Below are positions 43,511 through 54,194 of a stretch of DNA of 64,000 nt, piece after piece; the stretch's first letter is position 1; every line of letters starts with the position of its first letter. The notes under the pieces were generated by a model. The model was not told the origin of the DNA and searched no databases. It saw nothing but the letters and a program-made list of their open reading frames with translations. The position numbers and the translations under genes are program-made. Source of the stretch: an uncultured Clostridia bacterium (lineage in GTDB: Bacteria; Bacillota; Clostridia; TANB77; CAG-508); NCBI GenBank assembly GCA_944386385.1, contig CALXAV010000008.1, forward strand, positions 2,903 through 66,902, given 5' to 3'.

Positions 43511-43897
43511 CTATACATTTTTTTGATTTTCCATCTGTCTTTTTATCCATGTCATAATTACTTCTACTATATATTCTTTTTGTTCATCTATTAGCTCTAC
43601 ATTTTTAGGTATTTTATGCCATTTATTTAAACACCCTCTACAACAAGTTGCTGTTGCATGTTGAGCAACAAATACAGGGTGTCCTCTCATTGGTGTTTGT
43701 TTTCCATCATTTTTTGGGTTTGCAGGTGCTAATCTTTTTCCCACAAAATCTCTTGCATGTTCTTCTATAACATCTATTCCCTTGTCTCTTACATATTCCT
43801 TATCTTTTTCTTTTAAAGAAAACTTCAATCTAAAATTTGATTTTGATAAAGCTTCTAATATCCTTTTTATTCTTTGGTTTTCTTCCAAAGTAATCAT
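43511..43897 (-). CDS. DUF4186 family protein
   Basis: NDGKQTPMRGHPVFVAQHATATCCRGCL.KWH. Confidence 0.85.
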   Translation of the reverse strand: MITLEENQRIKRILEALSKSNFRLKFSLKEKDKEYVRDKGIDVIEEHARDFVGKRLAPANPKNDGKQTPMRGHPVFVAQHATATCCRGCLNKWHKIPKNVELIDEQKEYIVEVIMTWIKRQMENQKNV

Positions 43898-43902
43898 CTC
43901 CG

Positions 43903-44421
43903 TTAATCTATATAATAAGCATAATTGTCTTTTCTAGGTTTTAAATTTCCTTCTTCATCTTTATATCCTAATATACAATGTCCAATTCCTTCATATTCCT
44001 CTTCTATTCCTAAAGATTTTAAAATTTCTTTTCCTTCATCTGTTTCAAACTCTTCTTTTGCTCTATGTATCCAGCAACTTCCTATACCTAATGAATTTGC
44101 AGCAAGCATTAAGTTTTCCATAACCAAACTTCCATCATAAACATGTGTTGGAATATCTTTTTTAGCTAAAACTACAAGAACAACTGGTGCTCCATAAAAC
44201 GGATCTATGTCTGCTCCCATTATTTTTGCGTTTAATTTTGATAATTTATCTCTTGTTTCTTTATTTGTTATAGCAATAATAATACTAGATTGCATTCCCA
44301 TTCCACTTGGTGCATATGTCCCTGCCTCTACTATTTTTTCTATTATTTCTTTTGGTATCATTTTATCTTTATATTTTCTAATACTTCTTCTTTCTTTAAT
44401 ATTTTTTAGAATCTCGTTCAT
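43903..44421 (-). CDS. Nitroreductase family protein
   Basis: RRSIRKY, APSG, LGIGSCW; likely start 44421. Confidence 0.9.
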   Translation of the reverse strand: MNEILKNIKERRSIRKYKDKMIPKEIIEKIVEAGTYAPSGMGMQSSIIIAITNKETRDKLSKLNAKIMGADIDPFYGAPVVLVVLAKKDIPTHVYDGSLVMENLMLAANSLGIGSCWIHRAKEEFETDEGKEILKSLGIEEEYEGIGHCILGYKDEEGNLKPRKDNYAYYID

Positions 44422-44500
44422 GCTCATTCCTCCTTTAAAACATATTATAAATACTATGATAATATTATCACGCAATATAGAAAAAAGGAAGTTCCCTTCC

Positions 44501-45550
44501 TTATTCTTGCGCTAAATCTATTAATTTAGTTAACAATTCTTTATATGGTACTCCACTTGCTTCAAACATTTTAGGATACATACTAATACTCGTAAATCCA
44601 GGTAATGTATTTATTTCATTTATATAAATTTTATCTGTACCATTTTCTATAAAGAAATCTACTCTTGATAATCCTTTTCCATCTATTGACATAAAAGCTT
44701 TTATTGCTTGTTTTCTAATCTCATTTGATAATTCTTCTGGAATATTTGCAGGAATTTCTGTTCTAGATTCCTCATTTTTATATTTAGCATCATAACTATA
44801 GAATTCATCTGCTGATTTTATTTCACCAACACAAGATGCAATTACATCTTCATTTCCAAGAACTGCACATTCTACTTCTTTACCATTTACACCTTGTTCT
44901 ATTAATACTTTTTTATCAAATGAAGCTGCATATTCTATATTTTCTATTAGTTCTTCTATAGTTTCTGTTTTTCTCACACCTACGCTTGAACCTGAGTTAG
45001 ATGGTTTTACAAACATTGGAAATTTTATATTTTTAGCTATTTTCTCAGCCGCCTCTTTCACTGTCACAATACTTTCATCAAAGTTTTTATCTACATAAAT
45101 ATAGTTGTCTTTATATTTTCTAACATATTCATATGGTACTTGGTTTAAACCAGCTTTTTCAAATACTATTTTTGTATATACTTTATCCATTCCCACACTT
45201 GAAGCTAGAACTTTACACCCAACATATGGTATTTTTAATAATTCGAATAGTCCTTGTATAGTTCCATCTTCTCCATATAAGCCATGTAATACAGGAAATA
45301 CTACATCTAATTTTTTTAAATAATCTACAAAATTTTCTATTTTTTCTTTGTTCTCTACTTCTGCTCCAAATTCTCTTTTTTGTCCATTTTCTATGTACTT
45401 CCACCAATTTCCTTGTTTATCTATGTATATTGGAAATACCTCATATTTTTCTCTGTCTAAATTATTTAGTATTGATTCTGCTGATACAACAGACACCTCA
45501 TTTTCTGTTGACATTCCTCCAAATACAACTCCTAGTTTTTTCTTTGCCAT
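44501..45550 (-). CDS. ddl: D-alanine--D-alanine ligase
   Basis: LHGLYGEDG, GSSVG, EINTLPGFT. Confidence 0.95.
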   Translation of the reverse strand: MAKKKLGVVFGGMSTENEVSVVSAESILNNLDREKYEVFPIYIDKQGNWWKYIENGQKREFGAEVENKEKIENFVDYLKKLDVVFPVLHGLYGEDGTIQGLFELLKIPYVGCKVLASSVGMDKVYTKIVFEKAGLNQVPYEYVRKYKDNYIYVDKNFDESIVTVKEAAEKIAKNIKFPMFVKPSNSGSSVGVRKTETIEELIENIEYAASFDKKVLIEQGVNGKEVECAVLGNEDVIASCVGEIKSADEFYSYDAKYKNEESRTEIPANIPEELSNEIRKQAIKAFMSIDGKGLSRVDFFIENGTDKIYINEINTLPGFTSISMYPKMFEASGVPYKELLTKLIDLAQE

Positions 45551-46935
45551 AACTCCACCATCCTCTCTGCTATTTTATAATATTGCATCCCATTTGATGC
45601 TTTAAACAAAATGACATCTCCTTTGTTTACTATTTTTTGTAGTAAACTTTCTATATTTTCTTTATTTTCTAGGTAATATACATTACCTTCTTTCATTCCT
45701 TTTTTCGCTTCTTCAGCCATATATTTAGAATTTTCTCCTGCTGCAATTAGTATATCTACTTTATTTTTTACTACTTCTTCCCCTACTTTTTCATGCAATT
45801 CCTTTGCAAAATCTCCTAATTCAAACATATCTCCAAGTACTGCAATTTTTCTATTATCTTTAAACTCTGATAATACTTTTAAAGATGCCTTCATTGATTC
45901 TAAACTTGCATTATATGCATCATTTATTATTTTTACTCCATTTTTAAGTTCAAATATATCCATTCTCTTTTTAGTAAGTTCAAAACTTTCAATTCCAGAT
46001 TTTATTTTGTCCGCTTCTATTCCTAAAACTTCTCCTACTGTTATAGCACATAAGCTATTTAATACAAAATGTTCTCCACCTACTGGAACTGTTATTCTTT
46101 CTTCTTTATCACCTATTTTACAAGTAAAATCACTTGCATTTTCTCTTAAAACAATATCTTTTGCCATTACTTCACTTTTTTCAGTTATAGAATAAGTTTT
46201 TATATTATAATTTTCCTTATTCTCTTCATACCATTTATGTAATAAGTCATTATCATTATTAACAATTACTGCTGTTTTTTTACTTCCTTCTAATATTTCT
46301 AATTTTGCTTTCAAGATATTTTCTCTTGAACCTAAATTTCCTATATGTGATGTTCCAATATTAGTAATTATACAAATATTAGGATTAGCAATTGAAGCTA
46401 GCAAACTTATTTCTCCAAAATGGTTCATTCCCATCTCTAATACTGCTGCTTCTTCATCTTGCATTCTAAGTATTGTAAATGGTAATCCTATATTGTTATT
46501 GTTATTTCCTACTGTTTTTAATGTTTTATATTTTTTAGCTACTACATTTGCTACTATATCTTTTGTACTAGTTTTTCCTACACTTCCTGTAATTGCAATT
46601 ACTGGTATGTCATATAAACTTCTTTTATATCTTGCAATACTATATAATGCTTCTAATGTATCTTCTACTTTTATTATATTTTTATCTGCCCATTTTTCTT
46701 TATCTTCAGAACTAATATCCACATTTTGTACAATAACTGTGGAAGCTCCATTCTCTAATGCTTGTTCCCAAAACTTACTTCCATCAAAAGTTTCACCTTT
46801 TATTCCTATGTAGCAATCTCCTTCTTTTATTGTTCTTGTATCTTTAGAATAAGACTTACAAACATAATCTTCATTGCCTACTACAAGTTCTCCATTTGTT
46901 ACATCTAATATATTTTTAACGCTTAAATCTTTCAT
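45532..46935 (-). CDS. murF: UDP-N-acetylmuramoyl-tripeptide--D-Ala-D-Ala ligase
   Basis: TGSVGKTSTK, EMGMNH.GEI, DAYNA, LGDMFELG. Confidence 0.95.
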   Translation of the reverse strand: MKDLSVKNILDVTNGELVVGNEDYVCKSYSKDTRTIKEGDCYIGIKGETFDGSKFWEQALENGASTVIVQNVDISSEDKEKWADKNIIKVEDTLEALYSIARYKRSLYDIPVIAITGSVGKTSTKDIVANVVAKKYKTLKTVGNNNNNIGLPFTILRMQDEEAAVLEMGMNHFGEISLLASIANPNICIITNIGTSHIGNLGSRENILKAKLEILEGSKKTAVIVNNDNDLLHKWYEENKENYNIKTYSITEKSEVMAKDIVLRENASDFTCKIGDKEERITVPVGGEHFVLNSLCAITVGEVLGIEADKIKSGIESFELTKKRMDIFELKNGVKIINDAYNASLESMKASLKVLSEFKDNRKIAVLGDMFELGDFAKELHEKVGEEVVKNKVDILIAAGENSKYMAEEAKKGMKEGNVYYLENKENIESLLQKIVNKGDVILFKASNGMQYYKIAERMVELWQRKN

Positions 46936-47076
46936 ATAATCACCTTAATTTAATTTTTCTTTGTTAGATTATATGTCTTTTTAATTCTTTTTGCAACTTA
47001 TAATCTAATAAAATCCTTGATTTTTATAATTAATTACTGTAATATAAAATTATAGATATAAAAAAGGTGATGAAAA

Positions 47077-48195
47077 ATGAATTATACTATACACTTAACA
47101 AAAGATTGTAACTTAAGATGTAAATATTGTTATGAAAAAGATAAAGATCATCAAGAAATCTCATTTGAAAATATAAAACTATTAATTGATAATGAAATGA
47201 AAGAAAATAATAATCATTGCTTTATAACTTTTTATGGTGGAGAACCTTTATTAAAAAAAGATTTAATATATTCAACTATTGACTATATCAAGTCTAAAAA
47301 ATGTAAAACTAAATTTAACTTTGCAATGACAACAAACGGAACTTTATTAGATAAAAATTTTATAAAATATATTAAGAAAAACAATTTTTCATTTATATCT
47401 TATAGTTTTGATGGTAAAAAAGAAACACAAGATTTAAATAGAATAACTGTTGATGGAAATGGAAGTTTTGACATTGTAGAAAAAAATGCAAAGGAGTTAC
47501 TAAAAAATTTTGATAATGTTATCGCTATGATGGCAATAACCAAAAATAATATAAAATCTCTAGAAGAAAATGTTAAATACTTAATTAATTTAGGATTTAA
47601 ATATTTTAATTTACAGTTCAATTATTTAGATGACTGGCAAGATGAGGATTTAAAAGTAATAAAAGAAGCTTATCAAAAAGTAGCAGACATATACTATAAT
47701 AAGATTTTAAAAGAAGAAGATGTATCTATTACTATTTTTGATGATAAAATCAAAACACATGTACAAGAAGATTATAATTGCAACAAAGAATGTAATTTAG
47801 GAATGAAAACTATTAATGTTGGAGTTGATGGTAACTTTTATCCTTGTATGCAGTTCGTAGGAATTAGTAAATATATTATAGGAAATTGTAAAGATGGAAT
47901 TGACTTTGAAGCAAGAAAAAATTTACTAAAAGAAGCTGGAAAAGAACATGAAACATGTAAAAATTGTGCAATTAACAGAAGATGTAAGCATACTTGTGCA
48001 TGTCAAAACTATTTAACTACTAATAACATAAACGGATTATCTCCTCTAACATGTGAACTTGAAAAGATTATAATAGAAACATCAGATAAATTAGCAGAAA
48101 AGCTATATAAAAGTAATTCAAAATTATTTATACAAAAATACTATAATAAAAATTATGACCTTTTTAGACAAATATTAAATACAAGAAAAAATTAA
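47077..48195 (+). CDS. Radical SAM protein with SPASM domain
   Basis: CNLRCKYC, GGEP, C-terminal Cys cluster (FYPC...CKNC...CKHTCAC). Confidence 0.9.
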   Translation: MNYTIHLTKDCNLRCKYCYEKDKDHQEISFENIKLLIDNEMKENNNHCFITFYGGEPLLKKDLIYSTIDYIKSKKCKTKFNFAMTTNGTLLDKNFIKYIKKNNFSFISYSFDGKKETQDLNRITVDGNGSFDIVEKNAKELLKNFDNVIAMMAITKNNIKSLEENVKYLINLGFKYFNLQFNYLDDWQDEDLKVIKEAYQKVADIYYNKILKEEDVSITIFDDKIKTHVQEDYNCNKECNLGMKTINVGVDGNFYPCMQFVGISKYIIGNCKDGIDFEARKNLLKEAGKEHETCKNCAINRRCKHTCACQNYLTTNNINGLSPLTCELEKIIIETSDKLAEKLYKSNSKLFIQKYYNKNYDLFRQILNTRKN

Positions 48196-48372
48196 AGCTT
48201 GAACAATTAATTTTGTTTAAGCTCTCTTTTTTTGATTTTAAAATTTCAACATTGTAAAAGCCTTCTAAACCGCTCATTTTTTTGACTTTTTAAGTAATTT
48301 GTTGTAAAATAAATATAGATAGGATTTATAATTTTCACAAAATATTTGTCTTAAAAAACAAATAAAAGTGAG

Positions 48373-48888
48373 GTGATTTATATGGAGATAAAAAGTATAG
48401 AAAAACATATAGAAGTTAATTATCCAAAGCAAAATGAAATAAGTAATAAAAAACTAAAAAAATCTATTCCAAAGAAATGGAGTAAGTTAGGAATTACTTC
48501 TTTTGTATTTAGCTTGTTATTAAAAGAACAAGCTTATGCTGTTTCAACAAATAACGTAGAAATAATGGGTTTCCTTCCTACAAATTCTCCAACACCAGTT
48601 CCTCAACTTCATTATATGCAAATAATTTGTACTCCTCTATCAATTATATTTGGAATAGCAGTTTTAATAAATTTAATACTAATCATTCGTTTTAAATTAA
48701 AGGCCAAAAAAGAAAATAAAAAAATCAAATTGCCAAAAAAATTAAAAATTTCTCTTATAATATCAATAATAGTACTTATAATGAGCTTAATTGGATTACT
48801 TATCGCTCTTGCTACTTCAGGAGAGTTAGAAGAAATTTTATCAGAAATCGAAAAATTCTTCATGCTTTTATTTATACCAAAAATATAA
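48373..48888 (+). CDS. Membrane protein downstream of radical SAM gene
   Basis: Own promoter-like TTGACT-17-TAAAAT and RBS; signal-like segment plus two TM helices. Confidence 0.65.
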   Translation: MIYMEIKSIEKHIEVNYPKQNEISNKKLKKSIPKKWSKLGITSFVFSLLLKEQAYAVSTNNVEIMGFLPTNSPTPVPQLHYMQIICTPLSIIFGIAVLINLILIIRFKLKAKKENKKIKLPKKLKISLIISIIVLIMSLIGLLIALATSGELEEILSEIEKFFMLLFIPKI

Positions 48889-48952
48889 TTTTAATAACAT
48901 AATTGTAAAATGATAAATTTGATATATACAAAGATTATTACATATATTTATT

Positions 48953-49162
48953 TTCAGTGAAATAGCATATTTGGTAATTTTTATTGCAGCTACTTTAACT
49001 TTTCTTATTAATCTAATCCTGATTGCAAGGTTAAAGATAAAAGCAAGAAAAGAACAAAAAGAAATGAAAATATCAACAAAATAAAAAATATCTATTATAA
49101 TATCTATTATTATAGCTATTTTAAGTACAATAGGACTATATATACTATCAAATATGAGATAA
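48953..49162 (+). pseudogene. Degenerate paralogous copy of the C-terminal half of 48373..48888
   Basis: LINLILIARLKIKARKEQKEMKISTK*KISIIISII vs LINLILIIRFKLKAKKENKKIKLPKKLKISLIISII; TAA at 49082; no clear start. Confidence 0.7.
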
Positions 49163-49200
49163 TAAAGCTTGGAGAATAAATCCCCAAGCTCTTTTCTTTG

Positions 49201-49371
49201 CTATTTATTTTCTACACTTCTATTTGCTATTTCTATTGCTTTTTTTACAATGTTACCACAATCTCTTGATGATACATTTGCCCAACTACCACCGTCTTGT
49301 GCTACTTTATCATATACTCCTAGTTCTTTTGCTATTTCTTCTCTTAGATTATTTGATATTAACTTACTCAT
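49201..49371 (-). CDS. Small acid-soluble spore protein, alpha/beta type (SspF-like), 56 aa
   Basis: Not in ORF track: MSKLISNNLREEIAKELGVYDKVAQDGGSWANVSSRDCGNIVKKAIEIA; RBS AAGGAGG. Confidence 0.88.
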   Translation of the reverse strand: MSKLISNNLREEIAKELGVYDKVAQDGGSWANVSSRDCGNIVKKAIEIANRSVENK

Positions 49372-49561
49372 AATATCCTCCTTGTAAACTTTCTTTTTTC
49401 GAAAATTTCTATTTTGGATTCATAAAACTTTAATCAAAGTTTTATAATTATAGTATAAACAATTTTTGAATTTTTATATTGACATTTTTTTATAAAAATA
49501 TATTTTTTTTGACAAGAAAATATGCTATAATAAAATGGATATTTTGCAAAAGGAGTAAAGA

Positions 49562-51211
49562 ATGAGCACAAAACAAATTGAAAAGGAAATAGAAAAAAAT
49601 AATAAAGAATTAGAAAAGAATTTAAAAAAGGAAGAAAATCTAAAAATTGAAGAAAAAAATGAAGATGCTATTCAAGAAGTTACACCTATAAAAAAAGATA
49701 TTAATCAAACTTCTAATTCTAGTGAAGAACCTATTCAAGAATTTGCACCTGTTGAAAAAGAAAAAAGAAGTCCTTTATCTATTCTTGGTATTTTGATTTT
49801 TATTATAATAACAATACTTGTAATTGCTTTCCTTATTTTTACAGGCTATAACGCATTAAATCAAAATATCGTTTCAGGTGTACATATAAAAGATATAGAT
49901 GTTTCAAATATGAGCAAATCTGATGCTAAATACCAATTAGAAAATTATATTACAAACTCATTACCTGAAGAAATTATATTAAAGCATGGAGATTATCAAA
50001 CAACTATATCACTTTCACAAATAGGTGTTAGTTTTGATATTAAAAATGCTGTAAATGATGCTTATAATATTGGTAGACAAGGAAATCTTTTCCAAAACAA
50101 TTTTTATGTCTTATCAACAATGTTTGGTAAAGTTAATATAGAACCAACATTAAATTTAGATGTAGAACAACTAACACAAAATCTAAATGAAATTTCAACA
50201 CAACTACCAGATAAAGTTGTTGAAAGCAGTTATTATATAGATGGAAATAATTTAATAATAACTAATGGAAAAGAAGGAAATGTGGTTGATGTAGATGCTA
50301 CAATTCAATCCATAAAATCCGCTATTTCTAATTTTTCTACAATTAATGACCCAATAGAAATAGTAGTAAAATCTCAATCACCACAAGCTATAAATATTGA
50401 ACAAATTCATTCAGAAATATACAAAGAACCTAAGGATGCATATTATACTCAAGATCCATTTGCTGTATATCCTTCTGAAAATGGATTAGATTTTAATATT
50501 TCAATAGATGAAGCTAAAAATGTCTTAGGAGACCAGACTGCTGAAGAATACACAATTCCTTTAAAGACATTATATCCTAACGTAACTACTAATATGATTG
50601 GTACAGAAGCTTTTCCTGATTTATTATCTAGTTATTCTACTAAGTATGCTACTAGCAATAGGGATAGAACAACAAACTTACAACTTGCAGCTAATAAAAT
50701 TAATGGAACTGTTTTAATGCCAGGAGAAACATTCTCTTATAACAAAGTAGTAGGAGAAAGAACAATAGCTGCTGGATATAAAGAAGCTCCAATCTATGTA
50801 AGTGGAGAAGTTGTAGATGGTCTTGGTGGTGGTATTTGTCAAATTACTTCAACATTGTATAATGCTGTTGTATATGCAAATCTAGAAGTAACACAAAGAA
50901 GTAATCACCAATTTGTACCTTCATATGTTACAGCAAGTAGAGATGCAACTGTTGTTTATGGATCTATAGATTTCCAATTTAAAAACAATAGAAATTATCC
51001 AATAAAAATAACATGCTCTGTATCTGGAGGAATTGCACAATTCCAAATATTTGGTATGAAACAAGATGATGATTATGAAGTTGAAATTTCTTCTTATGAA
51101 ACTGGAAGAACAGCAACAGCCATTTATTCAGAAGCATATAAGATTTTAAAACGTGATGGTAAAGTAGTAAGCAAAGTTCTACTTTCAAAAGATACATATA
51201 AAAGACATTAA
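49562..51211 (+). CDS. VanW family protein with PG-binding-4-like region
   Basis: PGETFSYN, GGGICQITSTLYNA, RDATV. Confidence 0.88.
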   Translation: MSTKQIEKEIEKNNKELEKNLKKEENLKIEEKNEDAIQEVTPIKKDINQTSNSSEEPIQEFAPVEKEKRSPLSILGILIFIIITILVIAFLIFTGYNALNQNIVSGVHIKDIDVSNMSKSDAKYQLENYITNSLPEEIILKHGDYQTTISLSQIGVSFDIKNAVNDAYNIGRQGNLFQNNFYVLSTMFGKVNIEPTLNLDVEQLTQNLNEISTQLPDKVVESSYYIDGNNLIITNGKEGNVVDVDATIQSIKSAISNFSTINDPIEIVVKSQSPQAINIEQIHSEIYKEPKDAYYTQDPFAVYPSENGLDFNISIDEAKNVLGDQTAEEYTIPLKTLYPNVTTNMIGTEAFPDLLSSYSTKYATSNRDRTTNLQLAANKINGTVLMPGETFSYNKVVGERTIAAGYKEAPIYVSGEVVDGLGGGICQITSTLYNAVVYANLEVTQRSNHQFVPSYVTASRDATVVYGSIDFQFKNNRNYPIKITCSVSGGIAQFQIFGMKQDDDYEVEISSYETGRTATAIYSEAYKILKRDGKVVSKVLLSKDTYKRH

Positions 51212-51219
51212 TGTAAAGA

Positions 51220-51246
51220 TGTTTTTTAGGTCGGAGTCAAAAAACA
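51220..51246 (-). repeat. 27-bp REP-like palindrome, copy 2 (opposite orientation)
   Basis: Reverse complement TGTTTTTTGACTCCGACCTAAAAAACA. Confidence 0.7.
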
Positions 51247-51295
51247 TTATGTAAAAAAGGATTTAGAACATTTAAGTTTTAAATCCTTTTTATTT

Positions 51296-51415
51296 TTATC
51301 TTTCATCATCTTCTTGCTCTGCTTCTACTTCTTTTTCTTTTAATATATCTAATATTTGTCTAGATTTATCTCCATATTCTCTTTTTATTTTCTCTTCTTC
51401 CTTATCTTTCGCCAT
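51296..51415 (-). CDS. Small acidic protein, 39 aa
   Basis: MAKDKEEEKIKREYGDKSRQILDILKEKEVEAEQEDDER; RBS GAGGTG; overlaps upstream stop; terminator follows. Confidence 0.55.
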   Translation of the reverse strand: MAKDKEEEKIKREYGDKSRQILDILKEKEVEAEQEDDER

Positions 51416-54179
51416 CACTAACTTCACCTCTTTTTATATCTCTTATTTGGGTTAAAATAGCCTTTATTCTTACCGCTTCTTCTTGCCTTTCTTTTCCACT
51501 TACTTCCTCATATATTTCTCCTAAATCCTCCATTGAAACTTCTTGTTTATCTTCTTCAATTTTTTCTGGTTCTCCTTGTTGTTTTGTATCCTCTAAAACA
51601 GCATCCATATTAGTATCTCTACAAAAGCTATCATTTGTTACTCTATTATTTCTTAGTTTTTCTTGTAATTTAGCTTTTACTTCTGAATCTCCTGTTTTTT
51701 GATATTCTTGGAATAACTCTTCTGCCTTTTGTTTTTCTGCTGCTAAGCACTCATCTTCATCAATAACTATTATTGGTAATCCTCCAAAATCTTTAGATGC
51801 TTTTTGGGCTTTATCCATGTTATCAATTCTTCCATCTTTTCTAAATATTACAATATAATCTGGTTGCTTCTTTTCTCCTCCTTGAACCCTTCTAAAGTCC
51901 ATTTCATTATATCTAGTAGTATTTCCAATTTGGCTATCTGGTGCTAAATATTTTTCACCTCTTTGTGCTGTGGATTCAAAAGATACACCTGAAGAATATA
52001 TGTCTCCTGGACCTGATAACATTAGAGCATCTTCTTTCATTTCTTCAAAACCATAACATATATGTGGCATAGGTGCATGACCTAACATATCATTTCTAAT
52101 ATATGATGCGCAGAAATGCTGAGAACCAAGTGAAGCCCTATTCCAGTCTTTCGCATAATCATCTGGTTGACTTCTATGATATGCTCCAACAGATGTTATT
52201 ATCATTTTAAAATCTGTTCCTGCACTATATACATTTTCTCCATCTGGTAGTTTTCTTGCATCTTCTACTTTAAATAAATCATTATTGTATAATTTCCAAT
52301 ATTCTGTTTTTAACATTCTTTCCATAGCTAAAGGATTATTCGTTTCTAATTCTTCTACTTGTTCAAATATTTCTTCTAATGCTTTAGGATTTTTAGTATT
52401 TAAAATCTCTTGTTGACTTTTTATATAAGCCCTCAAATCTTCATCTTGTATTTTATCTATATCTTGTCCAAACTTTGAAATTAACTCTTGCGCTTCGTTA
52501 GTTCCTTGTCCAAATATCTTCAAAAGTACAGCTTTTTGTTTTTCTTCTACTGTTTCTCCTTTTATTAACTCTTCACATCTTTTTCTTTTTATCTCTTTGA
52601 AATTTTCAACATCATCATATGTCTTAATATCAAAATCATTTTGATGTATTAATATTGGTATAATCTTGCCTATATCAACATTATCTTTTCCTTCTAAATT
52701 AGAAATTAATTCTCCATAACCCTCTATATTTTTTAATATTCTACTTGCAAGAAGTGTCCATTCTTCTCCTTTTGTTTCTTCTATATAACCATCTAAGGCT
52801 TTACTAAATAAGTTTAATTCTCCATCATTTAACTTTAATACTCTATCCACTATGTAAGGATATGATGCTATTTGATTTATTTTATCTTTTCCAAGTAGAT
52901 TTATATATTTAGAATCAAGAATATCAAAATCAACTTTAAAAATATCCTCATTTTTTTCTGCCATTTCAAGCAATAAATTTTTATCTATATTTGGAGCTTC
53001 TAATCCTAACAATTCATCTAAATTTTCTTTTATGAATTCTATATTTGCATATCTTTGTCTATAGATATTAGGAACTTTTCCACCTGACATTTTCAAAGTT
53101 TCAATAATTTCTTCTTCTGGTATCATATTAATTAATGAAGCTCCCGCCCCATCACTTAAATCATATTGTTCTCGATCTTTTATAACTTTCTTTATAAATT
53201 CTGTATCATCTATACTCCTAACTAAATCTAATAACTCTGAAGTGTTAAAACCAAATTCTTCTCTTCTTTCTATTATTTCTTTTGTATAATTTGGATCATT
53301 TATTCTTACTGTAAATTCCTTTATTTCATTACTATTAAATCCGTATCTTTCATTATTATCTATAATTTCTTTTATAAAATCTGTATCATTTGTAAGTCCA
53401 ATTAATTCCCACAATGTATCAACATCGTTAATTCCGTATTCTTCTTTATTTTGTATAAGTTCTTTTAAAAAATCCTTATTATGTGTACTATTGACTATAT
53501 GAACTAACATTCCATCGTTAATACCATATTTAGCTCTATCTTTAATGACTTCTTTTATAAACTCTAAGTCATTTGTCCCCTCTATCAAAAACATTACTGT
53601 AACTTCATCAAAATTATATTTTTCTCTATTTTCTATAAGTTCATTTGTATAATTTAAATCATTGATACTTTTTACTAAATCTAAAATTACAGAATTATCA
53701 AAACCATAATTTCTATTATTTTCTATAATCTCTTTTGTATAATTAACATCATTTACACTTTCTATTAAGGCAACAATTGATTTATTATCAAATCCATATT
53801 CTTTGCTTCTTTCTATAATTTCTTTTGTAAAATCCGGATCATTTATTTTAATAACAAAATCAAATACTTTATCTGTTTTTAGACCATATTCTCGACTATT
53901 AATTACTATTCTTTTTAAATACTCTTCATCTACTATTTCTGGTAATTCTGATACTAATTCTCCAAGCAATTTTTTATCCATATTTCTTACATATTCTTTA
54001 TCATTTCTAAAGAAGTCAACAAATTGCTTTCTAAATAATTGGCTATCAAAATTTAAACCATCTGCTGTTTCTGTATATTCTATACCAATCCTATCAAGTA
54101 ATTTTTTTACTTTATCTAGATTGTCAAATTCGTCGTTTTCATACATTCTTAAATATTCATCTACATCTTCTCTTTGCAT
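51402..54179 (-). CDS. 925-aa protein with about nine 30-aa helical repeats and a possible ART-like C-terminal domain
   Basis: KEIIE...YGF repeats; FCASYI and RYNE motifs. Confidence 0.65.
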   Translation of the reverse strand: MQREDVDEYLRMYENDEFDNLDKVKKLLDRIGIEYTETADGLNFDSQLFRKQFVDFFRNDKEYVRNMDKKLLGELVSELPEIVDEEYLKRIVINSREYGLKTDKVFDFVIKINDPDFTKEIIERSKEYGFDNKSIVALIESVNDVNYTKEIIENNRNYGFDNSVILDLVKSINDLNYTNELIENREKYNFDEVTVMFLIEGTNDLEFIKEVIKDRAKYGINDGMLVHIVNSTHNKDFLKELIQNKEEYGINDVDTLWELIGLTNDTDFIKEIIDNNERYGFNSNEIKEFTVRINDPNYTKEIIERREEFGFNTSELLDLVRSIDDTEFIKKVIKDREQYDLSDGAGASLINMIPEEEIIETLKMSGGKVPNIYRQRYANIEFIKENLDELLGLEAPNIDKNLLLEMAEKNEDIFKVDFDILDSKYINLLGKDKINQIASYPYIVDRVLKLNDGELNLFSKALDGYIEETKGEEWTLLASRILKNIEGYGELISNLEGKDNVDIGKIIPILIHQNDFDIKTYDDVENFKEIKRKRCEELIKGETVEEKQKAVLLKIFGQGTNEAQELISKFGQDIDKIQDEDLRAYIKSQQEILNTKNPKALEEIFEQVEELETNNPLAMERMLKTEYWKLYNNDLFKVEDARKLPDGENVYSAGTDFKMIITSVGAYHRSQPDDYAKDWNRASLGSQHFCASYIRNDMLGHAPMPHICYGFEEMKEDALMLSGPGDIYSSGVSFESTAQRGEKYLAPDSQIGNTTRYNEMDFRRVQGGEKKQPDYIVIFRKDGRIDNMDKAQKASKDFGGLPIIVIDEDECLAAEKQKAEELFQEYQKTGDSEVKAKLQEKLRNNRVTNDSFCRDTNMDAVLEDTKQQGEPEKIEEDKQEVSMEDLGEIYEEVSGKERQEEAVRIKAILTQIRDIKRGEVSDGER

Positions 54180-54194
54180 TTGTACTCCTTAATT

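Noticed and set aside
49169..49387. 72-aa + strand ORF
   Set aside because: Antisense to the SASP gene at 49201-49371.
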